Below, one piece after another: positions 17,083 to 26,469 of a stretch of DNA of 64,000 nt. The translations under genes and the position numbers were made by a program. Below the pieces are notes generated by a model, which was not told the origin of the DNA, did not search any database, and saw only the letters and a program-made list of their open reading frames with translations. Within the stretch, counting starts at the first letter, position 1. Every line of letters begins with the position of its first letter. Source of the stretch: Nitrospira japonica (GTDB lineage: Bacteria > Nitrospirota > Thermodesulfovibrionia > Thermodesulfovibrionales > SM23-35); assembly GCA_020725385.1 (NCBI GenBank), contig DYFC01000034.1:8339-72338 (forward strand), given 5' to 3'.

Positions 17083-18942
17083 ATGATTTCGGATTTATCA
17101 AAAAAATTAACCGTTGTTCTTGTGGTAGTTTCATTTCTGCTTTTGTCCGGATGTGCTGGATTCGAATATGCTCCGAAGAAAGATTATTTATTCTACCATA
17201 AGGAACTTCCGCAGGCTGAACGTGCAGTGGAGGATGCTGTGCTTTCAGGCAAGGACAAGCAATGTCCTGAGGAATTCAATGAAGCAAAAACATTAATGGA
17301 AAAAGCCTATGAGACTTACTGGGCTTGCAGAACAAAGGAAGCAAGAGAAATGGCGAGGGATGCTCTTATAAAAGCAAAGCATCTCTGTCCGCCACCGCCA
17401 ACATGTGAACTTACAGCATCTCCAAAAGAGATAGAAATAGAGCAATCATCTACGCTAACTTTGAAGACCTCCGGAAAAGTGAAATCAGCTTTAATTGATG
17501 GAACACCTGTAACTGTTACAGGCGGAACAAAAGTAGTAACACCCAGGAATTCGATGCCTTATCTTGCACACGTTCTTGGCCCGGGTGGTTCCGGCACCTG
17601 CAGTGCTTCTGTAATTGTCAATATCCCTCCTGCACCGAATTGTGAATTGACAGTTTCTCCTTCAGAGATAGAACGCGGTCAGTCAGCGACACTCACTCTT
17701 AAAACTTCAGGCAAGATCAAATCTGCAATAATCGATAATACAATAGTTTCACCTAACGGAGGCACAAAGACCGTTACACCTTTAGACAGTACGACATATA
17801 TAGCTCAATGTAGCGGCCCGGGTGGCTTATCTATTGGAAGCGCAACTGTTGCTGTTGTTCCTCCACCACCTCCAGGGTGTGACCTAACAGCTTCACCTGC
17901 AGAAATCGAAGAAGGTCAATCCACGACATTAACTCTTAAAACAACAGGACAGGTTACATCTGCAATCCTTGATGGCTCGGAAGTCCCTGTTACAGGTGGA
18001 ACAAAGACTGTAGCGCCGAAGAATACTATGCCTTATCTTGCAAAATGTTCGGGTCCCGGTGGTTCATCTATTGCGTCAACAACAGTCTCTGTAATTCCTC
18101 CTGCACCACCAAAAGCCGAGCTAACCGCATCTCCTAATGAGATAGAAAAAGGACAGTCTTCGACCCTGACATTAAAAACATCGGGCAAGGTTACAAGTGC
18201 TATCCTTGATGGAACCGAAGTTGCGCCTGAAGGCGGAACAAAAGTAGTTACTCCTTCGACGAGTTCCTCATATCTTGCCCATGCAACAGGACCGGGTGGC
18301 ACAGCTGTAAGCACAACTACAGTTTCTGTAACACTGCCACCGCCGCCGAAATGCGAACTGACAGCATCGCCAAAAGAAATTGAACAGGGAGCTTCATCAA
18401 CAATAACCCTTAAAACATCAGGCAAAGTAACAACAGCAATTCTTGATGGAACAGAAGCTGACCCATCTGGTTGTTCCAGAACAGTTTCTCCAAAAAGTAC
18501 CACACCTTACATTGCAAGCGTGATAGGCCCGGGTGGAACCGAAATCTGTACGACAACTGTTTCGGTTATACCGCCACCTCTACCTATACCAAAAGTAATA
18601 GATAGATTTACAACACATGTGAATTTTGATTTTAATAAATATGATATTAGACCGTCTGAAAGGCCTGAATTACAAAAGGTTATCAATTTTGTAAAACAAA
18701 AACCCGGTGCAAAGATTTATATTGATGGACATACCGACGCTATCGGAACCGACAATTACAATCAGGCTCTGTCCGAAAAAAGAGCGGAAGCGGTTAGACA
18801 GTACTTAATAAAAGAGGGCGGCATCAATGAGTCGGGTATAATAACTGTTGGATTGGGTGAATCGAGACCTATTGCTCCAAATACTACGGATGAAGGAAGA
18901 GCCGGAAATAGAAGAGCTGAAATAGTGATAATAGCAGAATAA
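17083..18942 (+). CDS. OmpA-family lipoprotein with five tandem modules of about 79 aa and a C-terminal OmpA/peptidoglycan-binding domain
   Basis: Lipobox LLLSGCAG. Five C(E/D)LTASPxEIExGQSxTLTLKTSGKV...GPGG repeats. C-terminal OmpA_C motifs (NFDFNKYDIR, GHTDAIGTDNYNQALSEKRA, GNRRAEIVI). Confidence 0.85.
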   Translation: MISDLSKKLTVVLVVVSFLLLSGCAGFEYAPKKDYLFYHKELPQAERAVEDAVLSGKDKQCPEEFNEAKTLMEKAYETYWACRTKEAREMARDALIKAKHLCPPPPTCELTASPKEIEIEQSSTLTLKTSGKVKSALIDGTPVTVTGGTKVVTPRNSMPYLAHVLGPGGSGTCSASVIVNIPPAPNCELTVSPSEIERGQSATLTLKTSGKIKSAIIDNTIVSPNGGTKTVTPLDSTTYIAQCSGPGGLSIGSATVAVVPPPPPGCDLTASPAEIEEGQSTTLTLKTTGQVTSAILDGSEVPVTGGTKTVAPKNTMPYLAKCSGPGGSSIASTTVSVIPPAPPKAELTASPNEIEKGQSSTLTLKTSGKVTSAILDGTEVAPEGGTKVVTPSTSSSYLAHATGPGGTAVSTTTVSVTLPPPPKCELTASPKEIEQGASSTITLKTSGKVTTAILDGTEADPSGCSRTVSPKSTTPYIASVIGPGGTEICTTTVSVIPPPLPIPKVIDRFTTHVNFDFNKYDIRPSERPELQKVINFVKQKPGAKIYIDGHTDAIGTDNYNQALSEKRAEAVRQYLIKEGGINESGIITVGLGESRPIAPNTTDEGRAGNRRAEIVIIAE

Positions 18943-18956
18943 GAATTTTACTAAAA

Positions 18957-18990
18957 GGGAGAGACATCGCGTCTCTCCCTTTTTATTTGG
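18957..18990 (+). terminator. rho-independent terminator
   Basis: gggagagac-atcgc-gtctctccc 9-bp stem followed by TTTTTATTT. Confidence 0.75.
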
Positions 18991-19031
18991 GTCTTCGCGT
19001 AATCGAGTAGGTAATACCGATAATAAATTAT

Positions 19032-19156
19032 GTCATTCCCCGACTTGATCGGGGAATCCAGAAATTTTCTTGTCAGTTTTACTTGTTACACATGCGACGT
19101 TGAGAAAGATTCACATTTTCTTTATACTGGATTATCCGGTCAAGCCGGATAATGAC
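19032..19156. repeat. repeat cluster F: two hairpin units in inverted orientation about 65 bp apart
   Basis: gtcattccccgacttgatcggggaatccag (19032-19061) and ctggattatccggtcaagccggataatgac (19127-19156), between convergent genes. Confidence 0.8.
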
Positions 19157-19281
19157 AAACAGAAGATTAACTCTTTGGATATTTTCACCTTATAGCATGT
19201 TCTTTTATCCTTATTATGATCCAGTTTGGAGTCTGTTTCCATCATTTTTTACCCACTCACTTTCACGATGAGAATTTAATT

Positions 19282-20940
19282 TTATGGCAACGGTCCAAAT
19301 ATTATAGTATTATTGTTTTCATCTGCTTCTACCAAAACATTCTCAAAGTCAATTACAGCAATAATATATTTTCCTGACAAAGATGTTCCATAACTAAAAT
19401 TATATTGAATTGTAATGTCTTTGCTTTTGCCCGCCTTTATTTTACCTGTTGAAATTTTCTTTAAAGGCATATCTTCAGTTTCATATAGATTGTTTTCAGA
19501 CAGAAAGAATTTCACAGAAGATGAAGGAGCATCCTGTTGCCCTGAATTTCTTACATTCAGTTTGCCTGATATTTTGCATTTAATTCCCTTGCGTGTCTCA
19601 ATACATTTTATAGTCAGAAATTTCCACGAGCCTGTAAGATCAGGACCAACGGATGAAGAAGGAGTTGCAGATGCTGTTACTCCTGATGAAATATTTCCTT
19701 TATTATCTATGGCGCAAACACGATAATAATATGTTGTATCATTTGTTAGACCTTTATGAACGTATGATTTATTAATACCCGAGTATAATTGAGTTCCTTC
19801 TGAACAGTTTGCAGGAAATGTTCCGGTACTGTAAACAAGTTTATACCTGTTTATACCGCTTTCTGTATCTGAAAATCCGCTCCAGCTCAAAGATACCTGA
19901 TTGCTTCCAGGAGTTGCGGTTAATGTTCCGTCAACAGGTGGAGTGGTATCTTTTTTAAATTCAAACCAGAAATATGGTCCTTTAATATCTCCTGAAGAAG
20001 AATGAGCTATGACCTGCCAGTAATAGATACTTCCACTTTCAAGTTCAGGGAAGTCCATTTCAGGATAAGACAAATTGTTTCCGATTTTTTTCAAAGGTTC
20101 GGTTACGTTTTTACCAAAGTAAAGGTCATATCCTGTGACGCCTGTCAGAGGATACCATGAGAAAGCCCCTTCTTCAGCATTAACAAGTGCGCCTTCTTCG
20201 GGTTCCGGAAAATATATGCCGGGACGGAAAGTTGCAGGATTTTTCGTAAATACAAGTTCATATTTTCCTGTGCCGCTATGATTATATGCTTCTGCAATTA
20301 TTGTATAAAGACCTGTTTTTTTGAGCTGATAGTTTATTCCATATGCTCCAAGATTTTGTGATTCTGCTTGCTCTCCGCTATCAGGATAAAGCCTAAGATA
20401 AATACCGCCACTCATGTTGCCTGATTTTTTCATTGCATAAATGGAAACAATATCTCCAGCAAGTCCATAGAATTGATAAGCATCTATATCCGATTTTTCA
20501 TGGATATATCCAATCGTTTTTGTGCCAGGGAAAATTGTTCCACCATCCATATCTTCAGGAGAAGTAACCGGTCCCGGAATTTTCTGGAATGTAAGGGTAT
20601 AATTACCGGTATTGCCGTGAGGATTAGCTTCAACAGCGATTTTATATAATCCGGTTTTTTTCAATTGATGGTCAATGCCAGCATTACCATTATTCTGAGT
20701 TTCAAGAATCGAATCTTTATCATAGAGTTTTAAATAAACTCCTGACATAGAGCCCGATGTCTTTATAGCGGATACAAGAACCCTTTGATTAGTCTCACCA
20801 TAAAATAACCACTCCTCTGTTGAGGATGCGGATTCAATGGTTCCGGAAACAGTTTCAGCAGACCTTATTGATTTAATTTCTGTAGCCCAGGAATATGATG
20901 CTATGATGAAGCTTATTAAAACCATGATAATTAATCTCAT
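19282..20940 (-). CDS. secreted multidomain protein (two PPC/pre-peptidase-C-terminal-like domains, FN3 domain, CARDB-like C-terminal domain)
   Basis: Signal peptide. Duplicated module ending GNTGNYTLTFQK / GTGKYELVFTK. FN3 (LSWSGFSDTESGINRYKLVY...TTYYYRVCAIDNKGN). C-terminus resembles CARDB (VRNSGQQDAPSSSVKFFLS). Confidence 0.6.
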   Translation of the reverse strand: MRLIIMVLISFIIASYSWATEIKSIRSAETVSGTIESASSTEEWLFYGETNQRVLVSAIKTSGSMSGVYLKLYDKDSILETQNNGNAGIDHQLKKTGLYKIAVEANPHGNTGNYTLTFQKIPGPVTSPEDMDGGTIFPGTKTIGYIHEKSDIDAYQFYGLAGDIVSIYAMKKSGNMSGGIYLRLYPDSGEQAESQNLGAYGINYQLKKTGLYTIIAEAYNHSGTGKYELVFTKNPATFRPGIYFPEPEEGALVNAEEGAFSWYPLTGVTGYDLYFGKNVTEPLKKIGNNLSYPEMDFPELESGSIYYWQVIAHSSSGDIKGPYFWFEFKKDTTPPVDGTLTATPGSNQVSLSWSGFSDTESGINRYKLVYSTGTFPANCSEGTQLYSGINKSYVHKGLTNDTTYYYRVCAIDNKGNISSGVTASATPSSSVGPDLTGSWKFLTIKCIETRKGIKCKISGKLNVRNSGQQDAPSSSVKFFLSENNLYETEDMPLKKISTGKIKAGKSKDITIQYNFSYGTSLSGKYIIAVIDFENVLVEADENNNTIIFGPLP

Positions 20941-21039
20941 TTTTAGTCCCCTTAAAATTATTATTTTAAATATTCTACAACAAAATAATTATTAATGTAC
21001 TGATATAAACCGGTTTGTTTATAATGTATAATTAAACTA

Positions 21040-21636
21040 ATGGAAGACATTATAAAAATATTGCCCAACACTTTTATACCTTTATTTGTAGCAACCAATA
21101 TCTTTATGCTACTTCCTGTTTTTATTTCATTAACAAAGGAAATGTCAAAAGCAAAGCGCAAAATAGTCGTGAGGGACTCGATATTAACTGCCATAATTGT
21201 AAGCTTCTTATTCATAGGTCTCGGTGAATTTATCTTCAGAACACTGGGAATTACATCCGATGACTTTAAGATTGCCGGTGGAATAGTGCTTCTTATTTTT
21301 GCGGTTAGGGACCTTGTGCATAGCGGCGAAGAAAGGATAAAACCTGATATAAAAGTAGGTGTAGTTCCAATAGGAGTGCCTTTAATTATCGGACCTGCGG
21401 TCCTTACAAATATACTTCTACTCGTAGATCATTATGGGATTATGCCTACAGTTATTTCATTGGTCTTGAATCTTTTTATTGTATGGATAACACTTATTAA
21501 TGCAGAGAGGCTTACTAATATAATCGGCAGAGGCGGGATAACCGGAATTGCAAAAGTAATGGCATTGCTCCTTGCCGCTATTGCAATTATGATGATAAGG
21601 ATTGGTATTCAAAACACCTTCAAATTCGGTGTTTAA
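21040..21636 (+). CDS. MarC-family (UPF0056) integral membrane protein
   Basis: Six predicted TM segments of MarC-like size and an N-terminal pattern (IPLFVATNIFMLLPVFISLT). Recognised by eye only. Confidence 0.55.
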   Translation: MEDIIKILPNTFIPLFVATNIFMLLPVFISLTKEMSKAKRKIVVRDSILTAIIVSFLFIGLGEFIFRTLGITSDDFKIAGGIVLLIFAVRDLVHSGEERIKPDIKVGVVPIGVPLIIGPAVLTNILLLVDHYGIMPTVISLVLNLFIVWITLINAERLTNIIGRGGITGIAKVMALLLAAIAIMMIRIGIQNTFKFGV

Positions 21637-21725
21637 GCGCAAGTTATTAACTTTACTTTTGATTCGCTAAGTCCCGTAAGAGCTATTTTTTTATTTCAAT
21701 ATACATAAAAATTACTTTTTTCGGT

Positions 21726-21755
21726 TTGACATGAAAACTTTCTCAATGGTAGTAT
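21726..21755 (+). promoter_or_regulatory. sigma-70-type promoter of the RHH/PIN toxin-antitoxin operon
   Basis: TTGACA, 18 nt, TAGTAT. AAAGGAGA RBS before ATG at 21786. Confidence 0.5.
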
Positions 21756-21785
21756 TTATTCATACCAGTAGAAAGGAGAAAAACT

Positions 21786-22022
21786 ATGGGAATAGCTGTG
21801 AAAAAAACTATTTCACTTCCTCCTGACCTTGCGAATGAAGCTGAGACTATTGCAAGGGAAGAAGGTAAGACTTTAAGTTCTGTAATACAGGATGCCCTTA
21901 GAATTGCAAGACAGGATAGACTAAAGAGAGAATTTCGTGAAATGCAAGGATATTGGAGCAGGAAGGCAAAAGAAAAAGGGATACTTACAGAAAAAGATCT
22001 AAAAAAATATCTTAATAAATGA
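21786..22022 (+). CDS. ribbon-helix-helix (CopG-like) antitoxin
   Basis: N-terminal RHH pattern (KKTISLPPDLANEAETIAREEGKTLSSVIQDALR). Four-nt overlap (ATGA) with the PIN gene. Confidence 0.75.
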   Translation: MGIAVKKTISLPPDLANEAETIAREEGKTLSSVIQDALRIARQDRLKREFREMQGYWSRKAKEKGILTEKDLKKYLNK

Positions 22023-22414
22023 AAGTCGTTTTCGATACCAATATTTTTATATCTGCATTAATTTTCCCCGGCAGCAAAGCAGAAGAAGCTATCATGAGGG
22101 TTATAAATGGTGGGGATACCCTTATTGTTTCTCGTTATATTATTGATGAAATTCTTACGGTACTCGCTAGGAAATTTAGTAAAGAAGCCGAGGCTTTAAG
22201 TAGGGTTGCGGTGAATATTGGAGAGATAAGTGTGATGGTTAATCCTACGCAAAAACTAAAGGTTTTTGACGATGAATCAGATAACCGAATCCTTGAATGC
22301 GCTATTACAGGAGGTGCTGATGTTATAGTTACTGGTGACAAGGCCATGCTTGTACAAAAAAAGTATCAAACTGTGAGAATCATTAGTCTTAATGATTATT
22401 TAAGAGGATTTTAA
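22019..22414 (+). CDS. PIN-domain toxin (VapC-like)
   Basis: MKVVFDTNIFISAL... and the distal acidic motifs (DDESDNRILECAI, IVTGDK) typical of PIN-family toxin components. Confidence 0.8.
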   Translation: MKVVFDTNIFISALIFPGSKAEEAIMRVINGGDTLIVSRYIIDEILTVLARKFSKEAEALSRVAVNIGEISVMVNPTQKLKVFDDESDNRILECAITGGADVIVTGDKAMLVQKKYQTVRIISLNDYLRGF

Positions 22415-22431
22415 AGGATAACACTAAAAAT

Positions 22432-23547
22432 CTATCCTTTTATCACCCTTCTTTCATACAGAAAATATCCTGTTATTATAAATATTATTCCAAGAATCAG
22501 CAGCTTTAACATATTAAGGGTCAATTGTTCGGGGGATGCTCCTCTGATAAGCAGGCTTATGCCCGAGTCCATATAGTGCTTTAGCGGAGAAATTACTGTC
22601 ATTTTTCTTAGCCAGACAGGTAAAGACTCCGGTGGTACCCATCCGCCTGATAGCAAAATCATAGGAGCAAATACTGCCATAGTAAGGAGCCCTATCTGAC
22701 TTAGTCTTTTTGCGATTGAAGCTATTATAAACGCAAGGCCTGAAGTGGCAAGACTGTAAATTAAGCTTATAAAAAGAAACTCTAAAAGAGTGCCTTTTAA
22801 GTCGAACCCGAGCCATAAAGAAAGGATTATTTCATAGCTGAAAGCAATTAAAAATAGAAGGAATATTGTTGATGCGGTTATTTTCATTAAAAGAAGTTTC
22901 TTTATATTTAAAGGAGAAATCATTATCTGTTCGATTGTTCCATATTCTTTCTCACGTATCAGAATAGCAGCGGGTAATATCATACCTATAAGTGTAATTA
23001 TCATGAAAAATTCATTTATTCCTTCGAACAATTTATCATTTGCATTTGGGTTGAACAATATTCTGCTTCTTGCTTCGATAAAATTTAGGCCGGTAATATT
23101 GCTTGCTTTAAGCCTTTCTTTTAAAAAATCCAATGTATATTTCTGGATGATTATATTTAGATATGCTGAGCTAAGATAAGCTGTCGAACTCTGCGTGCCA
23201 TCAACAAGTACCTGCAGAGAAGCATTTAATCTATATAAATCTTTCTCAAAACCATAAGGTATTGCGAGTGCGATAACTGTTTTTGATTCATTCAAAAGTT
23301 TGTCAATATCCTTATAGCCATCTATAAAAACCGGATTCTTAAAAGCAGGTGGATTTATATGCTCAATAAGTTCTCTACTTTTAAATGATTTGTCTTCATC
23401 ATAAACACTTATAGAAACCATTTCAGGTATAAGGTTAAATCCTTCGGCAGCAAGATAAATATCAAAAGTAAAAGCATATATTATAAATATCATTAAGCCT
23501 TTATCACGCAAGATGTGTAAAAGTTCTTTTCTTATTAATTGGAGCAT
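22432..23547 (-). CDS. ABC-2 type transporter permease (YbhR-like)
   Basis: N-terminal TM segment, large periplasmic loop, five C-terminal TM segments. Context with a paralogous permease, a double ATPase and an HlyD protein. Confidence 0.8.
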   Translation of the reverse strand: MLQLIRKELLHILRDKGLMIFIIYAFTFDIYLAAEGFNLIPEMVSISVYDEDKSFKSRELIEHINPPAFKNPVFIDGYKDIDKLLNESKTVIALAIPYGFEKDLYRLNASLQVLVDGTQSSTAYLSSAYLNIIIQKYTLDFLKERLKASNITGLNFIEARSRILFNPNANDKLFEGINEFFMIITLIGMILPAAILIREKEYGTIEQIMISPLNIKKLLLMKITASTIFLLFLIAFSYEIILSLWLGFDLKGTLLEFLFISLIYSLATSGLAFIIASIAKRLSQIGLLTMAVFAPMILLSGGWVPPESLPVWLRKMTVISPLKHYMDSGISLLIRGASPEQLTLNMLKLLILGIIFIITGYFLYERRVIKG

Positions 23548-23552
23548 ATGTT

Positions 23553-24692
23553 TTAACCTTCTCTCTTTCTAAAGACCATAACCCCTATTGTGAATAAAAT
23601 TACAAAATAAAGAATCATAAGAAGTATATGAGGAAGCAAATCAATCATGTTAAGGTTCTTCAAATAAACACCATGAATTATTCTCATAAAGTGCATCGTT
23701 GGATAAAGACGGGCTATTATTTTTGCTTCACCCTCAAGATTCGCAACAGGCACTAATAGTCCTGAATAAAGAAATGCAGGTATTACTGTTACAATAACAG
23801 TAACAATCTGTGCTGCAACCATAGTCCTTGTTACCGAAGAAACAAGCAGCCCTATTGAAACATTAATAAGCACATATACAATTGCACCGGGCACCAGATC
23901 AATAAAATTACCTTTCATTGGTATCTTAAAAAGAAGGCTTACGGTAATTATCAATATATTAAAATTTATCGCTGAAATGATTAGGTAAGGTATTATCTTT
24001 CCTGTAAGAAATTCCCACTTTTTTATTGGTGTTGAGTAAATGTTATAAATTGTTCCAGTTTCCTTTTCTCTGGATATTGCAAGGGCTGTTAATACAGCGG
24101 GATTCATAAGTAATATAACAGCAATCATGCTTGGTACCAAAGCATAGCTACTTTTTAAGGATTCGTTGTAGAAATAACGGGTTTCGACTTTTAGAGGAGA
24201 AATTGTTTGAAGTTTTCCTTTATATTTTTTCATTGCCATTTCTGTATTAAAAGCAGTAAGAATAGATTCACAATATCCTCTTATAGTAATTGCTCTGAAA
24301 GGATAGCCTCCGTCGATTAAAAATTGAACCTGTGCATTATTCCCCCTATAAATATTTTTGGAGAAATCAGAAGGGATAATCATAACAGCTCTAAGTTTAC
24401 CCGAGGATAAAAGCATTTCTGCATGTTTAAGTTCTGTTAATTCGTACTTCAAATCAAAATATCTGTTTTTGAATTTCTCTACAAGATTAGCACTCAACTG
24501 ACTTTTATCATGGTCAATATACGCAAAAGGCATATTTTCGTTATCGAGACTAATTCCAAAACTAAATACATTAAACATTATGAAAGGCACAATAAATGCA
24601 AGCATAAGAAAAAGCCTGACCCTGACTATTTCCTTAATTTCTTTGGTTGTAACTGCAAATATTCTCTTTAGACTTTCTTTTAAAAATATCAT
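23553..24692 (-). CDS. ABC-2 type transporter permease (YbhS-like)
   Basis: Same architecture as the neighbouring permease (REKETGTIYNIYSTPI motif). Confidence 0.8.
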   Translation of the reverse strand: MIFLKESLKRIFAVTTKEIKEIVRVRLFLMLAFIVPFIMFNVFSFGISLDNENMPFAYIDHDKSQLSANLVEKFKNRYFDLKYELTELKHAEMLLSSGKLRAVMIIPSDFSKNIYRGNNAQVQFLIDGGYPFRAITIRGYCESILTAFNTEMAMKKYKGKLQTISPLKVETRYFYNESLKSSYALVPSMIAVILLMNPAVLTALAISREKETGTIYNIYSTPIKKWEFLTGKIIPYLIISAINFNILIITVSLLFKIPMKGNFIDLVPGAIVYVLINVSIGLLVSSVTRTMVAAQIVTVIVTVIPAFLYSGLLVPVANLEGEAKIIARLYPTMHFMRIIHGVYLKNLNMIDLLPHILLMILYFVILFTIGVMVFRKREG

Positions 24693-24695
24693 ACC

Positions 24696-24765
24696 GTGCT
24701 CTTCGCTCTATGTTATATACTCTTTGCTCTATGCTCTTTGCTCTATGCTCTTCGCTCATTGCTTT
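24696..24765. repeat. heptanucleotide tandem repeat, about 10 units of NNGCTCT
   Basis: gtgctct tcgctct atgttat atactct ttgctct atgctct ttgctct atgctct tcgctca ttgcttt. It fills the 63-bp gap between the ATPase and permease genes. Confidence 0.8.
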
Positions 24766-26444
24766 TCAATGAAATAAATAAAAACATCTTCCATTAATGG
24801 TTTTATCCTTTTTATGTATCTGTTGCTGATATTTGAAGATGAAAGTATGTCTTGAATTTGATTTTCTGTAAGGTCTTTACTCCACAAATGAAATCTTCTC
24901 CCAAATGGGGCAATTGATATATTTTTTGAAATGAAAATCGTTTTATCCAGTTCTATATCGGGATAAATTTCAAATACTTCCCCGGAAGATTCTGAAAATT
25001 GTTGTCTTAAATTTTCAGGAGTGTCAATTGCAATAACTTTTCCTTCATTCATAATAGCTATTCTGTCACAGAAGTCTGCTTCAACAAGATTATGTGTTGT
25101 AACAAGAACAGTCATACCGAGTTTCTGGGATAAAGCTCTTATCAATTGCCAGAAAGATTTTCTTGCGACAGGATCAACACCTGATGTGGGCTCATCAAGG
25201 ATAAGCACATCTGGCAAATGTAAAGCAGAACATCCGAGCGCAAGCCTCTGCTTGATTCCCAGCGGGAGTCTTGATACTATCGTATCACCTTTTCCTTTAA
25301 GCCCTGCAACATTTACAACCCAATCTTTTCTAATTTTAAAATTTGCTTTATCAATGCTGTAAAGACTCGCATATAGTTCAAGATTTTCATCAACAGTCAA
25401 ATCTCCATAAAGGGAAAATATCTGTGACATATATCCTATCCTGTGTTTTATTTCTTTTTCCCGTGAATCTATTCCAAGAACTTTAATTGTGCCTGAATCG
25501 GATTTTAAGATTGATAATATGCACTTAAGCAATGTTGTTTTCCCTGCACCATTTGGGCCAAGAAAACCAAAAATCTCACCTGTGTTTATTGTTAAGCTTA
25601 TATTGTCGAGTGCTTTAAAAGAACCAAAAAACTTGCTAACACCCTGTATATCTATAGCAATATCATTGAGACCAATTTTACTTTTTTCAAAAGGAACTTC
25701 ATAGTAAGGAATATCCTTGTCTTTCAGAAGCAAATTAAAAAAAGCATTTTCAAGGTCATTATATCCGGATACAAGCATTTCAGGATCGCCTGAAAATAAT
25801 ATTTCACCATCGTGAAGAAATCTTACTGAATAACATCTCTCAGCTTCATCCATATAAGAAGTGGCAAGTATTAGAGTTGTTCCTGTTTCTGTAATGAAAT
25901 TATTAAGAATCTCCCATAATTGTCTTCTTGATAAAGGATCAACACCTGTTGATGGTTCATCGAGTAAAACAACTTCTGGATTGGATATAAGGGAGCAACA
26001 TATTCCAAGTTTTTGTTTCATGCCGCCAGAAAGATTTCGTGCATGCCGTGTTCTAAATGGAATTAGTCCTGTCGCAAATAATAATTTTTCTTTAAGTTCA
26101 TTTCGCTTGTTAATTGGAACATCTTTTATTGCTGCAAAAAAATCAATATTTTCTTCTACAGACAAATCCATGTATAAATTTAATCCAAGCCCCTGTGGCA
26201 TAAAACTCAACCATTTTTTTATTGCTTCAGGTTGTTTTTTTATATCTATGTTTTTGAATTTTGCCTGACCTTCAAATGATAAGACTCCTGCACATATTTT
26301 CATCAAAGTGCTTTTACCTGCGCCATCAGGCCCGATTATGCCTGTAATTTCAGAGGATGCTATATCAATGTCAATATTTTTTAGAGCCAGAGTTTTTCTA
26401 TACTTTTTTGAGACATTCTTAAGCGATATTAGAGGATTATTCAT
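24756..26444 (-). CDS. ABC transporter ATP-binding protein with two fused ATPase domains (YbhF-like)
   Basis: Two sets of Walker A (GPDGAGKST, GPNGAGKTT), signature (LSGGMKQKL, LPLGIKQRL) and Walker B (VVLLDEP, VLILDEP) motifs. Confidence 0.9.
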   Translation of the reverse strand: MNNPLISLKNVSKKYRKTLALKNIDIDIASSEITGIIGPDGAGKSTLMKICAGVLSFEGQAKFKNIDIKKQPEAIKKWLSFMPQGLGLNLYMDLSVEENIDFFAAIKDVPINKRNELKEKLLFATGLIPFRTRHARNLSGGMKQKLGICCSLISNPEVVLLDEPSTGVDPLSRRQLWEILNNFITETGTTLILATSYMDEAERCYSVRFLHDGEILFSGDPEMLVSGYNDLENAFFNLLLKDKDIPYYEVPFEKSKIGLNDIAIDIQGVSKFFGSFKALDNISLTINTGEIFGFLGPNGAGKTTLLKCILSILKSDSGTIKVLGIDSREKEIKHRIGYMSQIFSLYGDLTVDENLELYASLYSIDKANFKIRKDWVVNVAGLKGKGDTIVSRLPLGIKQRLALGCSALHLPDVLILDEPTSGVDPVARKSFWQLIRALSQKLGMTVLVTTHNLVEADFCDRIAIMNEGKVIAIDTPENLRQQFSESSGEVFEIYPDIELDKTIFISKNISIAPFGRRFHLWSKDLTENQIQDILSSSNISNRYIKRIKPLMEDVFIYFIEKQ

Positions 26445-26469
26445 ATTAATTATGAAGATGCTGGAAATT

